DNA of 35,593 bases from a virus (IMGVR_UViG_3300030372_002307:1-35593), one strand, 5' to 3'; shown: positions 1 to 9,088, counted from the first letter of the stretch. Notes: generated by a model from the sequence alone, not told the origin. Program-made: numbers and translations.

Positions 1-600
1 ATGGGAGAATCCTTATTTAAAGCGGCATCAAAATCTGTATGGGGTCAACCTAGTAAATCCTATTGGGAGGATTTTACTTACGGTAGTCTTGACCTACCTA
101 TAGATGATGAGGATGACATAGTAATGGAAGAAATAATTGTTACCGATAACGACATACCCAAAGGCTTCGATTTATTAGCATGTACTAATTGTGGTCACTT
201 TGAATGGTATGGGCCTGATGATATCTATCCAGCATCATGTCCTGAATGCGGTAGTGACAATTACCTTGATGTTAGTGATAAAATAGAAAACCCTACAGAT
301 ACATGCGTTGGTAGTGATATGGACTTCTCTTTCTTCGCCATGAGTAGAGATAAGATAGGGTTGAGTAAGTATGCACTTGCTTTAGATGACGGAAGGAATG
401 TGAGAAACTTAAGTGAGATTCAGTGTAAGAAATGTAAGAAGTATTACACTGGGGCTTTTATGGATGAGAACACATGGACATGCATTGAGTGCATCAAGAA
501 CACAAAGAAGAAAAAGAAAGGAAAGAAAAAGAGTAAAAACCAAATGACTCTAAAACAATTTGGTAAAAACAAAAACAAAAAATGGAGTGATAAAAGATGA
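1..600 (+). CDS. Zinc-ribbon protein with acidic N-part, Lys-rich tail and PIP-box-like motif (may be 5'-truncated)
   Basis: Four CxxC pairs (CTNC, CPEC, CKKC, CIEC); tail KKKKKGKKKSKN-QMTLKQFG; ATG at window edge. Confidence 0.7.
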   Translation: MGESLFKAASKSVWGQPSKSYWEDFTYGSLDLPIDDEDDIVMEEIIVTDNDIPKGFDLLACTNCGHFEWYGPDDIYPASCPECGSDNYLDVSDKIENPTDTCVGSDMDFSFFAMSRDKIGLSKYALALDDGRNVRNLSEIQCKKCKKYYTGAFMDENTWTCIECIKNTKKKKKGKKKSKNQMTLKQFGKNKNKKWSDKR

Positions 601-1046
601 ATAAAAAATATGGAGAAAGAAGATTACAAGTAAGATGTGATTATGATAAAAACAAAATACACATACAGGGCGTGGGTGCACCTACATTGACTGATGACAA
701 CCCGATGTATCGTGAGTATGGTATGGCATTAGAATTACGTGCCCCACCTGAATTAACAGATTGGTTACGTGAGCAAGAACCTACGAATCGTAGCCCTGCT
801 AGTGGTTCAATATATTATATACAGATGGCATTACATCACTATGCTGTGAAAGATAGTTATCAATTTATAATGTTCGGTAGTAACTTGAATCACCCCGAGG
901 GTGCGGTAATGGACATGGAGTTTGAGTCTCCCAATGTTCAAGCACTGATTAAGTTTGTAGAGTCACAAGAACCCTCTAAAAATATGCTTGTTGTGTTTGA
1001 GTCCGACATCGAACCTTATTCAAATCCTTGGGAGAGTGATGAATAG
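597..1046 (+). CDS. Hypothetical protein
   Basis: 149-aa ORF, ATGA overlap with the upstream gene. Confidence 0.75.
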   Translation: MNKKYGERRLQVRCDYDKNKIHIQGVGAPTLTDDNPMYREYGMALELRAPPELTDWLREQEPTNRSPASGSIYYIQMALHHYAVKDSYQFIMFGSNLNHPEGAVMDMEFESPNVQALIKFVESQEPSKNMLVVFESDIEPYSNPWESDE

Positions 1047-1180
1047 TGGTTGAACTAATTGACATACATTTAGAATTTTTAAGTCAGCAAATGGATTTCA
1101 TTAAATGGATTAGGAAGACACACCCAAGCACTTACAACAGACTAAAGAAAGCACACGAAGGGGCGATGAAGAATGATTGA
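1046..1180 (+). CDS. Small hypothetical protein (44 aa, not in ORF track)
   Basis: GTG start overlapping upstream TAG; MVELIDIHLEFLSQQMDFIKWIRKTHPSTYNRLKKAHEGAMKND; fills the gap exactly. Confidence 0.6.
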   Translation: MVELIDIHLEFLSQQMDFIKWIRKTHPSTYNRLKKAHEGAMKND

Positions 1181-1487
1181 CACAGACAAATACGAAGGAC
1201 ATACAGAAGGTAAATGGATATTGGGCGAATACAAAGGTCGCCCATCTATCTCAGCCGTTGAAGATATAAAAACTCCAACATGGGTGAGAAACATAGCGAG
1301 AGGGCTTAACCCAAGCCAAACAGCAGACCACGCACTCTTGTTAGACGCACCACTTCTCTTAGCAGAAGTCGAGAGGTTGCGTGAAGGACTACAAAGTATG
1401 CTTGATGATTTAGAAGCGAGGGAAACTAATATGTATATTATGTGGAATCACATTCACTATTTACTCAAAGGAGATGAAGAAGAATGA
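1173..1487 (+). CDS. Small phage protein of the 'HTxGxW...APxLLAEVxRLR' type (Ead/Ea22-like), paralog 1
   Basis: MIDTDKYEGHTEGKW...DAPLLLAEVERLRE; paralogous to 4920-5234. Confidence 0.65.
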   Translation: MIDTDKYEGHTEGKWILGEYKGRPSISAVEDIKTPTWVRNIARGLNPSQTADHALLLDAPLLLAEVERLREGLQSMLDDLEARETNMYIMWNHIHYLLKGDEEE

Positions 1488-2068
1488 TTGATGATGCACC
1501 GCAGATATACAAAGACATGTGTGATTACCTCGCACCTTATGTGGATAAGTTAGATGGAGTACCTATTCCATTTAAGACACTAGAATATCTAAACACTAGG
1601 AGAGATGCTTTATCAAATGCTTTTTGTCGTGCAGAAGATACAGCGGGTCAACACCTCACATGGTTGCAATATCATTACTTGATGTCGAGAGAATCATCAT
1701 TAGTTGACATGGTTGCTTGGGAAACATTGTATAAAGAACTTGGCGATGACTTAGACATCCCCATAGAAGTTTTTGAATGCCTAGAAATATCAATGAGTGC
1801 CGACCCCATGAAACCTATAATCACACCATTGGGTCTAAAAGCACCACTACATGATAATAAAACTACACCTACGTATGTGGCGTTAGCACTTAAATTTGCA
1901 GAGGAAAAGGATTGGGATATCACAGAAATGTATCCACCCATATTAGGTTTGGAGATGGAGGATGTCAACATAATCAACGATTACTTATACAACATGACGG
2001 GTATGGAAATGAATGTATTGAATGAACTAATGAGTAGTGCTAAGGGATTAGAGGTGTGGTTAGCGTGA
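1484..2068 (+). CDS. Hypothetical protein
   Basis: 194-aa ORF, ATGA overlap, purine-rich RBS. Confidence 0.75.
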   Translation: MIDDAPQIYKDMCDYLAPYVDKLDGVPIPFKTLEYLNTRRDALSNAFCRAEDTAGQHLTWLQYHYLMSRESSLVDMVAWETLYKELGDDLDIPIEVFECLEISMSADPMKPIITPLGLKAPLHDNKTTPTYVALALKFAEEKDWDITEMYPPILGLEMEDVNIINDYLYNMTGMEMNVLNELMSSAKGLEVWLA

Positions 2069-2205
2069 TACAAGATGATAGTCCTCTGTTGGAGTGTGTG
2101 AAGATAATAGATGAAGGTGTAGGAGAGCCCATGCTTGAATCACCCGAGTTTGGTATACATATAGTTACGAAAGAATATGAGTGGATACGAGATGACGATA
2201 TTTGA
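2065..2205 (+). CDS. Small acidic hypothetical protein (46 aa, not in ORF track)
   Basis: GTGA overlap, GAGGTG RBS upstream; MIQDDSPLLECVKIIDEGVGEPMLESPEFGIHIVTKEYEWIRDDDI. Confidence 0.55.
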   Translation: MIQDDSPLLECVKIIDEGVGEPMLESPEFGIHIVTKEYEWIRDDDI

Positions 2206-2208
2206 TTA

Positions 2209-2232
2209 TTCAGTATTTAAAGAAACAGTATT
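2209..2232 (+). promoter_or_regulatory. Conserved 24-bp intergenic motif, copy 1 (putative viral promoter)
   Basis: TTCAGTATTTAAAGAAACAGTATT, identical to 6617-6640; contains TATA-like TTTAAA; followed by GGAGG RBS and ATG 2259. Confidence 0.75.
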
Positions 2233-2258
2233 AATTAGAATAAAAAGGAGGAATTGGA

Positions 2259-2528
2259 ATGTTATTAGAATGTGAATTTTGTGGTGAAAAAGGAATGGAA
2301 TTAAAAATAGGTAAACAAGCATATGTTAATCCCGTTACAGGTGAATGGGGGAGTGCTGACTGTATTGAAATGAAGTGTGTACACTGTGGTGTACATGAAC
2401 CTTGTGAGTCTGATGACCTTGTTGGGTTTATGATGGAGATACTCAATGAAAAAAATTACTCTAAGGCTATGGTGAGGGCATTGAAGATAATATGGGAACA
2501 TGAGTACTTACAGGATGTAAAAGAATGA
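2259..2528 (+). CDS. Zinc-ribbon protein
   Basis: CEFC...CVHC; GGAGG RBS. Confidence 0.7.
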   Translation: MLLECEFCGEKGMELKIGKQAYVNPVTGEWGSADCIEMKCVHCGVHEPCESDDLVGFMMEILNEKNYSKAMVRALKIIWEHEYLQDVKE

Positions 2529-2553
2529 ATGAGAGAAAAAGGAGGAATAAAAA

Positions 2554-3099
2554 ATGAAGAAAATGAAAAATAAAATAGATTGGACAAAAGAAGAAGAAAC
2601 ATGGTATGATGAAACTAATGGTGGCCTATATAGTAATGAAAAGTTGAGCCAGTATACAATTACTTTCGATAAAGGTGATAAACACACAATTGGTTATAGA
2701 AATAAAGGTGGTGACATATACATATATCGTATGAATCCTAGTTATCATCAAGGTAAGAGTAAAGAAACACTACGTATTGATGGCACTATGGACTTTCAAT
2801 ATCATCAACAGGATGGTCATAACAACCTAAATGCCTATACACAGTTTAGAAAGCATATAGGGAAAGATGTAGATATTGTGATTGTTAAGTTTAGAAAGGA
2901 TAAAATCAAGCCCGATGATTATAAACTTGGTAATTACTATGGTCGTGCTAGAAGAGTTCCATACAATGAATTACTAGAAGTTGTTGTGGAATTAGGTGAT
3001 GTGTCTCAATATGAAGAGGATGGTGTGGTGACAGTTGACCACAAATTGAAGAATGAAAAAATAACAAAAGTGAATAGAATAGAGGAGATGATAATATGA
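2554..3099 (+). CDS. Hypothetical protein, possibly SRA/PUA-like fold
   Basis: 181-aa ORF with AGGAGG RBS; only a weak pattern resemblance to SRA-like domains. Confidence 0.6.
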   Translation: MKKMKNKIDWTKEEETWYDETNGGLYSNEKLSQYTITFDKGDKHTIGYRNKGGDIYIYRMNPSYHQGKSKETLRIDGTMDFQYHQQDGHNNLNAYTQFRKHIGKDVDIVIVKFRKDKIKPDDYKLGNYYGRARRVPYNELLEVVVELGDVSQYEEDGVVTVDHKLKNEKITKVNRIEEMII

Positions 3100-4634
3100 G
3101 TGGAGAATGGAAAGGTTGGAATGATTGGAATGGATATGAGGATGCAGGTATAGTTGAACATGATGTTGACTTCAGCGATGAAGATATAATCATAGACCAT
3201 GCCATAGGAAGAACAAAGAAAGCGATTGGTAAATGTTGGCCTATGGATGCGGCACTAGCATACACGTTAGTGAAAGCAGGGCCTCATGCAGAACTTACAT
3301 GGGATGACATGGTAAATGATTACACTAAGTCAGCCACCATCATGATGACTGGTATAGTGGCTAGAGATTGGTTACCCAAACTTAATGTGGAATCATGTGG
3401 ACATGATGAAATCAATGGTTACATACACAAACTTGTGGCCCCAAAAGTGATAACAGATTCTGATGGTAATAAAAAATTAGCACCTCAATACGGATGGAGT
3501 TCTAAAACAATGAGACAATGGTTAGATGACGTAGAGGCATCTGATGAATTAAAGGATAAATACTCTGAGATTAGACTATCAGATAAAGTTTCAATCACTG
3601 GTAAAAATTTACTAGAGGATGATTACTTCGCTGAATTACTTGACATCATTAAAAATAACTTTGATTCATTCAAGTGTGTAAGTGATGATAATTGGGTGAA
3701 AAATACACATGCAACTAAAGGTGTATGTAAATGGGCAGACGATGGTGATAAACAATGTGTCCACCACGATGCACCCAAAGAAAGATATTGGGCTTTATAC
3801 AAGAATGATGATGGTGATTTTGAAACCATTTGGGATAAAGATAGATGTGAGGTTGGATGGAATAACAATCAATGGTTTGACTTTGTAGACACTGACAAAG
3901 TAAATCGTGATAACATAGTGAGTTGGGATGAAGTCAGAAGAAGTATGTCACATAAAGTACCGAGAGATGAAGTGCTTCAGTTTGTGAGAGCAAGCCTTTC
4001 TCGTATGATGAAACGTAAAGATAACATTGTTCTCAAAGAGGGTATTGGTAAATCAGCCGTTCACAAATGGAATGATTGGGCATGGGTAACAGAAATGACA
4101 GCCTATGTAAAACTGACTAACAGTAAAAATCGTAAAGAAGGTGACACAGAAAATGGTTGGACTTACACCAAAGTACGTAGCAGAACAAGTCATGGACATG
4201 AAATTGCAGACTTTGTGTGGAAGCCCACTAAGGATATTCATGATTACTATGTGAAGTTTAAAGTCACAGATGCGTACTACTATAACTATGACAAAACCGA
4301 TTTACAATTGTTTTGCTTTTCATCTAAAACAGATGCAGAAAACTTCGCATCAACTATAGGGAAAGCACACTTAGATAACAACGGACATTACAGTAAAAGA
4401 ATCCACAAGGGTCATGAGAAAATACCTAAAGGTAGATTCTTAATAAAAAGTGTACTTCGTGATATGACTATGAAAGGAGAAGTAGACCCTGATGATTACA
4501 TGTCTCCACAAGAAGTTATTCAGATGTTTAGAAATGCATCACCTAGTGTGTTAGAAGAACATTTCGATAAGTTCGAAGACCTTCCTAATTATAGGTATGA
4601 AACTGTAGAGGTTGAAGAAGAGGTGGTAGCGTGA
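3096..4634 (+). CDS. Large hypothetical protein
   Basis: 512-aa ORF, GAGGAG RBS, ATGA overlap; no recognised motif. Confidence 0.8.
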   Translation: MSGEWKGWNDWNGYEDAGIVEHDVDFSDEDIIIDHAIGRTKKAIGKCWPMDAALAYTLVKAGPHAELTWDDMVNDYTKSATIMMTGIVARDWLPKLNVESCGHDEINGYIHKLVAPKVITDSDGNKKLAPQYGWSSKTMRQWLDDVEASDELKDKYSEIRLSDKVSITGKNLLEDDYFAELLDIIKNNFDSFKCVSDDNWVKNTHATKGVCKWADDGDKQCVHHDAPKERYWALYKNDDGDFETIWDKDRCEVGWNNNQWFDFVDTDKVNRDNIVSWDEVRRSMSHKVPRDEVLQFVRASLSRMMKRKDNIVLKEGIGKSAVHKWNDWAWVTEMTAYVKLTNSKNRKEGDTENGWTYTKVRSRTSHGHEIADFVWKPTKDIHDYYVKFKVTDAYYYNYDKTDLQLFCFSSKTDAENFASTIGKAHLDNNGHYSKRIHKGHEKIPKGRFLIKSVLRDMTMKGEVDPDDYMSPQEVIQMFRNASPSVLEEHFDKFEDLPNYRYETVEVEEEVVA

Positions 4635-4738
4635 AGTATAATATTACTTATTTTCCTGAACAAATCATAAGTCAGAAGATATATGATTATCTAATACAGG
4701 AAGGAATTGAATTCGAATATGACGAGGTGACAGCATGA
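4631..4738 (+). CDS. Small hypothetical protein (35 aa, not in ORF track)
   Basis: GTGA and ATGA overlaps on both sides, GAGGTGG RBS; MKYNITYFPEQIISQKIYDYLIQEGIEFEYDEVTA. Confidence 0.6.
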   Translation: MKYNITYFPEQIISQKIYDYLIQEGIEFEYDEVTA

Positions 4739-4923
4739 GTTGGTGTTGTGAAGGACAATTAGGGAATCATCCATGTGAACTCGATGTCGAAGATGTAGGT
4801 CATTGTGATTTAGAACATGCGGTATTACATGTTTACTGTCCTAAATGTCAGCGTCAAGGGACTTGGACTTTGTATGCTGATAAAGAAGAAGCAACTCTTG
4901 AAATGGGTGAGGTGAGAACATGA
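4735..4923 (+). CDS. Small Cys/His-rich zinc-binding protein
   Basis: CC...HPC...HC...CPKC; GAGGTGA RBS. Confidence 0.65.
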   Translation: MSWCCEGQLGNHPCELDVEDVGHCDLEHAVLHVYCPKCQRQGTWTLYADKEEATLEMGEVRT

Positions 4924-5234
4924 TTGACACAGACAAATACGAAGGACACTCAACTGAATACAGTTATGAGATAGTGAGTGTAGATGATGACAAAGAAATG
5001 GATGCTACCTATGCACTACTGAATGACGCACCACTCCTACTCGCAGAAGTCAAACGATTGCGTGAAGAGAAAACTTTCCTATGGGAAACTTATCTCAAAG
5101 AAAGCGCAGAAGTCAAGCGGTTACAGAAAGAAATCGAAGTGCTATCCAAGTATCGTGATATCGTAGTGAAGTATGATGATGCACTGTTAGCAGATGGTGA
5201 CACAGACCCAAGATGGAGTGAGTTATATGCCTAA
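4920..5234 (+). CDS. Ead/Ea22-like small protein, paralog 2
   Basis: MIDTDKYEGH...DAPLLLAEVKRLRE; first 29 nt identical to those of 1173. Confidence 0.65.
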   Translation: MIDTDKYEGHSTEYSYEIVSVDDDKEMDATYALLNDAPLLLAEVKRLREEKTFLWETYLKESAEVKRLQKEIEVLSKYRDIVVKYDDALLADGDTDPRWSELYA

Positions 5235-5249
5235 GTTTTGGTGGAATGA

Positions 5250-5561
5250 ATGATTGATATAGAAGAGTACATAGATGTTGATGATGTCACCCCTAATGGG
5301 ATATGGATTTTAGATAGTGGTCAAACCATTGACCTCCGACATGTTCAATTAGAACTTCCCGATGGGATAGGTAAGGAGTGGGTACAAGCCATCATGACAA
5401 ACGCTGAAAGTGTTTATGATACTTGTCCTTCATGTGGTAAAAAGGTAGGTGAAGATTCAACAATAATTAACTTAGAAACACATCACTACTTGATAGCGAG
5501 ATGTTGTGGGTCATGGGTACTAATTAAAAACGAGGAAATAAAACAAGAGGAATGGATATGA
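5250..5561 (+). CDS. Zinc-ribbon protein
   Basis: CPSCG...RCCG. Confidence 0.7.
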   Translation: MIDIEEYIDVDDVTPNGIWILDSGQTIDLRHVQLELPDGIGKEWVQAIMTNAESVYDTCPSCGKKVGEDSTIINLETHHYLIARCCGSWVLIKNEEIKQEEWI

Positions 5562-6271
5562 ATGAAGATGAAATAAAAACAGCAGAACTGAAAGTGTGGG
5601 CGATTGAGCATTTTAACCAAATGGCTATGCATGCCATATGGAGACCCGATGGAACTGGGTTACGTTATCGTAAGACAGCGGACAATGCACTAACACTAGA
5701 ACATAGAGTCGACCACCCTGATTCATTAATACATCACGAAAAGATTGTGAAGTTATATGAATCAGTGAACATAGAAATAGAAGACGATAGCCCTATGGTT
5801 ACACCTGCGGCACTCTCAGCAGAAGAGGCGTACCGCATGGAGATACAAGAGAGACAAGCGATTGCATCAGCATGGAGTTGTCAGTGTGGGGTTAAGTTAT
5901 CTGATTTAGAACTAGATGAGGCAGTCCCCACATACTTAGGTAATAGAGAGATTCTATTGGATGATGGAAACACACAAGAGATAGAAGACTGGGCATTCAG
6001 ATTAGCATGTAATAGTTGTGATGAAATCATTAACATGAATCCCGATGATTATAATTTATTAGCGGGCGATGAATTGTTTATGAGATATAAAACATCAGAC
6101 AACCAATGGGTGTATGCTATGACAAGACAAGAGATGCTTAAGTATGCAGACAGTGGACGGAAAGGGATACTGGTTGGAAGTAAGTGTCCACTAACACAGG
6201 GTAAAGTACCACCTTGGGTATGGGGGACTTATTGTAAAGCGTACATAATATCTGAAGGTGAAGAAGAATGA
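5552..6271 (+). CDS. Hypothetical protein with Cys motifs
   Basis: 239 aa; CQCG...CNSC; start at 5552 or 5558. Confidence 0.75.
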   Translation: MDMNEDEIKTAELKVWAIEHFNQMAMHAIWRPDGTGLRYRKTADNALTLEHRVDHPDSLIHHEKIVKLYESVNIEIEDDSPMVTPAALSAEEAYRMEIQERQAIASAWSCQCGVKLSDLELDEAVPTYLGNREILLDDGNTQEIEDWAFRLACNSCDEIINMNPDDYNLLAGDELFMRYKTSDNQWVYAMTRQEMLKYADSGRKGILVGSKCPLTQGKVPPWVWGTYCKAYIISEGEEE

Positions 6272-6351
6272 AGTGCCCGAAGTGTGGTCGTTCTGATTGG
6301 TGGTTTTTCAATAAGTGTCAATTGTGTGGCGAAGAAGGAGATGAAGAGTAA
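6268..6351 (+). CDS. CPxCG zinc-finger microprotein (27 aa, not in ORF track)
   Basis: MKCPKCGRSDWWFFNKCQLCGEEGDEE; ATGA overlap upstream, TAATG overlap downstream, GGTGA RBS. Confidence 0.7.
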   Translation: MKCPKCGRSDWWFFNKCQLCGEEGDEE

Positions 6352-6614
6352 TGGGTGAAACAGGAGTATGGCGTACATCAAGTATGGAAGGTAATTGGAA
6401 AGATGGAAAAGGCGATGTGGCATTACGCATTGTTGAGTTCGCAGATAACATATGGTTAGACCTACGTATAATGAATGTCACAGGTGGTAAAAACCAACAC
6501 ACAAGACATGGTGTGCGTCTCACTATAGAACAAGCAAGAGAGATGCTACCTAGATTACAGGAAGGTATAGTCAAGGCCGAAGATATGCGTGAACGTGGGG
6601 AACGGTCAAACTGA
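6351..6614 (+). CDS. PC4/Sub1 (p15)-like ssDNA-binding protein
   Basis: WLDLRIM...HTRHGVRLTIEQ matches the PC4 pattern 'vDiR...pT.kGisL..eq'. Confidence 0.7.
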   Translation: MGETGVWRTSSMEGNWKDGKGDVALRIVEFADNIWLDLRIMNVTGGKNQHTRHGVRLTIEQAREMLPRLQEGIVKAEDMRERGERSN

Positions 6615-6616
6615 CT

Positions 6617-6640
6617 TTCAGTATTTAAAGAAACAGTATT
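6617..6640 (+). promoter_or_regulatory. Conserved 24-bp intergenic motif, copy 2
   Basis: TTCAGTATTTAAAGAAACAGTATT, with flanking short palindromes ACTGA-ctt-TCAGT and CAGTA-tt-TACTG. Confidence 0.75.
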
Positions 6641-6694
6641 TACTGATTTTGATGAACAGAAAATTAAGATTGGATACTGCTACGCAAAAATACA

Positions 6695-6709
6695 TAGTAT
6701 ATAAAGCAG
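6695..6709 (+). promoter_or_regulatory. Short variant of the promoter motif
   Basis: TAGTATATAAAGCAG, exact repeat of 22195-22209; followed by GGAGG and ATG 6732. Confidence 0.6.
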
Positions 6710-6731
6710 AATTAAAATGGAGGAATAAAAG

Positions 6732-6968
6732 ATGATGAAGAAAATAATGATAGGAATAGATAGATGGATGATAATAGAACACATAGGCGCTGATACATGG
6801 CAGATTGTAGAATCACATAGATGTCATATACAGGGTGAACAAGGAGACATGGTAAAAGATACTAAAGTCGGTTGGGTTGTATTTAGAGATGCTACTTGTA
6901 GGATACCTAAGTATAGAGTACCGTCACATGTATTAGTAGAAGACTATAACTTAGGAGAGGAAGAATAA
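6732..6968 (+). CDS. Hypothetical protein
   Basis: 78-aa ORF with GGAGG RBS. Confidence 0.7.
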   Translation: MMKKIMIGIDRWMIIEHIGADTWQIVESHRCHIQGEQGDMVKDTKVGWVVFRDATCRIPKYRVPSHVLVEDYNLGEEE

Positions 6969-7213
6969 TGCCTAGAATGAATAAACATGCTAGACTAAGA
7001 AGATGGATTACTGAGGCTTTAGGTAAAGAGATTATGACAACAAGTCAGATACAAAGTAAGATATCTAATAGAACATATGAGACTTGTGGGAGATTGAGTA
7101 GAGTAAAACACACACCTAGTACTCAAAGGTTAAGTCAGGTATTGAATGTGAACAAAGAATTTGTTAGAGTGAATAAATATGATTACCCTGCTGAATGGAG
7201 AATGAGAGAATGA
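6968..7213 (+). CDS. Small winged-helix DNA-binding protein, paralog 1
   Basis: LRRWI...MTTSQI...PSTQRLSQVL...EF...W; aligns by eye with 21224-21499. Confidence 0.6.
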   Translation: MPRMNKHARLRRWITEALGKEIMTTSQIQSKISNRTYETCGRLSRVKHTPSTQRLSQVLNVNKEFVRVNKYDYPAEWRMRE

Positions 7214-7794
7214 AACAAGTAAGTGAAATGGAATGGACAGACGGTACAGCCAAGGCATTGAAGAAGTTGGCTAGTGCTATTGAGAAACAAGAGAAAAGTA
7301 GACACACACCCGATGAAGATTACTACAGTAATCCTGAACTAATGGTGATGGACATGCTCACTGGTAGTACTGTTATGTTACAGACTGAGCCACACACAGG
7401 AGGTAAGACTCATGGTAATGGTTACAGAAGATGTGCTTCGGTGACACAAAGAATACCCGCCAAGATGCAGACCAAGAAGATGATAGGTAGATTACTTAGA
7501 ATGAGTATACGTAACTTCGTATCATTAGATGCATCAGATGATGAGTATAGTGTTGTTGTTGCTAAAGCAATCAAAGACATAGCGGCTATGTTAGTAGATG
7601 AGAGTGAGTGGAGTGTTGAGGAAGATAAGTATGCTGGTGCATTACAATCAGCAATATCTGATTTGATGGAACTGACCACATCAGTAAGAGCAGGTGACTC
7701 ATTACTAAAAGTTGAGGCTATACCTATGAGTACAGCACACATGGATGTGAGTAAGATAGTGAACAAAATAAAATTAGAGGAGGAAATAAAATGA
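7210..7794 (+). CDS. Hypothetical protein
   Basis: Track ORF 7195-7794; ATG 7210 (ATGA overlap) preferred. Confidence 0.75.
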   Translation: MKQVSEMEWTDGTAKALKKLASAIEKQEKSRHTPDEDYYSNPELMVMDMLTGSTVMLQTEPHTGGKTHGNGYRRCASVTQRIPAKMQTKKMIGRLLRMSIRNFVSLDASDDEYSVVVAKAIKDIAAMLVDESEWSVEEDKYAGALQSAISDLMELTTSVRAGDSLLKVEAIPMSTAHMDVSKIVNKIKLEEEIK

Positions 7795-8000
7795 AGAAAT
7801 ATCTATATGAATATACTAAAGAAGAAACAGAAGACCCCGACTGGGAAAAAAGTCTAGGTAAACTATTCAGATACCAATACGGATGTAATGGATGTGGTGG
7901 TAGTTTCGACCCTAACTATGGTGGGGAGATAGAAGAAGAAACAGGTAGACTAAACATGTGTGGTAGTTGTTTAGACAACGGGGTGAAAATAAATGCCTAG
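7791..8000 (+). CDS. Small zinc-finger protein
   Basis: CNGC...CGSC; GAGGAGG RBS. Confidence 0.7.
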   Translation: MKKYLYEYTKEETEDPDWEKSLGKLFRYQYGCNGCGGSFDPNYGGEIEEETGRLNMCGSCLDNGVKINA

Positions 8001-8196
8001 AAACCCTAGATATGTATTTGAATGCATGATGCAGTTACCACAATGGTTAGAGGAAGTAACAGGTGCTAAAGAAATACCACTAATAAAAGACACACATCAT
8101 ATAAAATATGTTTACGATGATGATGCTAAGTGGCCTCAATATCTACCATTAGAAGGTTATGAAATGGTCACAAGATTTGTGGAGGTGACAGTATGA
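7993..8196 (+). CDS. Hypothetical protein
   Basis: 67 aa, GGGGTGA RBS, overlaps both neighbours. Confidence 0.65.
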   Translation: MPRNPRYVFECMMQLPQWLEEVTGAKEIPLIKDTHHIKYVYDDDAKWPQYLPLEGYEMVTRFVEVTV

Positions 8197-8738
8197 ACAT
8201 ATTTGTATTAGATGAAAACCCTGTTACTGCGGCTAAGTACATGGATGATGTAAGACTACCTAAGATGTGTGTAGAGTCAGCACAGATGATGGCATCAGCC
8301 CTGCGTAGGCATGGTGCTACTGATGAACAGATGCCACTTACCAAAGCAGGTAAGCCATACAAGGGAGGCTACAAGCATCACCCTTGTACAGTATGGGCGG
8401 GGGATAGTCGTGTTAACTTTCAGTGGTTGGCTCGCCATGCTCAAGCACTACTAACCGAATACTCAAACCGCTTTGATAAAGTTCATGCTTGTAATGGACC
8501 TATCCATATCATGTCTTGTAAAGATTACATCATTCCCGAAGGTGGACTGACGCAGTTCGCATTGGCTATGCCCGATGAATACAGACCCGAACCAATTGAC
8601 GGTGAAACAGTGTATCATGCTTATCCTAAATTTGCAGTTCAAGCCTACAGGTCTTACTACAAATCTAAGCAACACAGTAAGGGCGGTGTACGATATGTCC
8701 GAGCCGATGTTCCTACTTGGTGGGAGGTGACAGCGTGA
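8193..8738 (+). CDS. Pyrimidine dimer DNA glycosylase / endonuclease V-like protein
   Basis: MNIFVLD...KMCVESAQM...HPCTVW...EY..RF.K.H...AMPDEY...AYRSYY..K pattern of this phage family. Confidence 0.75.
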   Translation: MNIFVLDENPVTAAKYMDDVRLPKMCVESAQMMASALRRHGATDEQMPLTKAGKPYKGGYKHHPCTVWAGDSRVNFQWLARHAQALLTEYSNRFDKVHACNGPIHIMSCKDYIIPEGGLTQFALAMPDEYRPEPIDGETVYHAYPKFAVQAYRSYYKSKQHSKGGVRYVRADVPTWWEVTA

Positions 8739-9088
8739 AAACTAGATATAATTGTTACCAATGTAATGAGCCTTTCAGAACCTCATCTGCTAAGATGACG
8801 ATGAAAAGACCCACTTGTCCTAAGTGTAGAAGCGTCAAACTACGCTCTACTAATTCTGAAACTAAGTTAGATAGTTTAGAAGATAGAGTCCACTCACTTG
8901 AAAATATATCCAATGTAAACTATGAGGCTGTGATGTATGAAGTGAAAGATAAAATCCAAGAAGTATGTAAAGATGTGATAGATGAATACATGAAAGTATT
9001 CGATGAAAAGTTAATGAAAATACACGGGAGTGTGGCTATACTCAACACTAGGATTTTAAAATTACAAGAGGAGAATAACCATGAGTGA
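8735..9088 (+). CDS. Zinc-ribbon plus coiled-coil protein
   Basis: CYQC...CPKC followed by heptad-like LDSLEDRVHSLE; GTG 8735 after GGAGGTGA. Confidence 0.7.
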   Translation: MKTRYNCYQCNEPFRTSSAKMTMKRPTCPKCRSVKLRSTNSETKLDSLEDRVHSLENISNVNYEAVMYEVKDKIQEVCKDVIDEYMKVFDEKLMKIHGSVAILNTRILKLQEENNHE

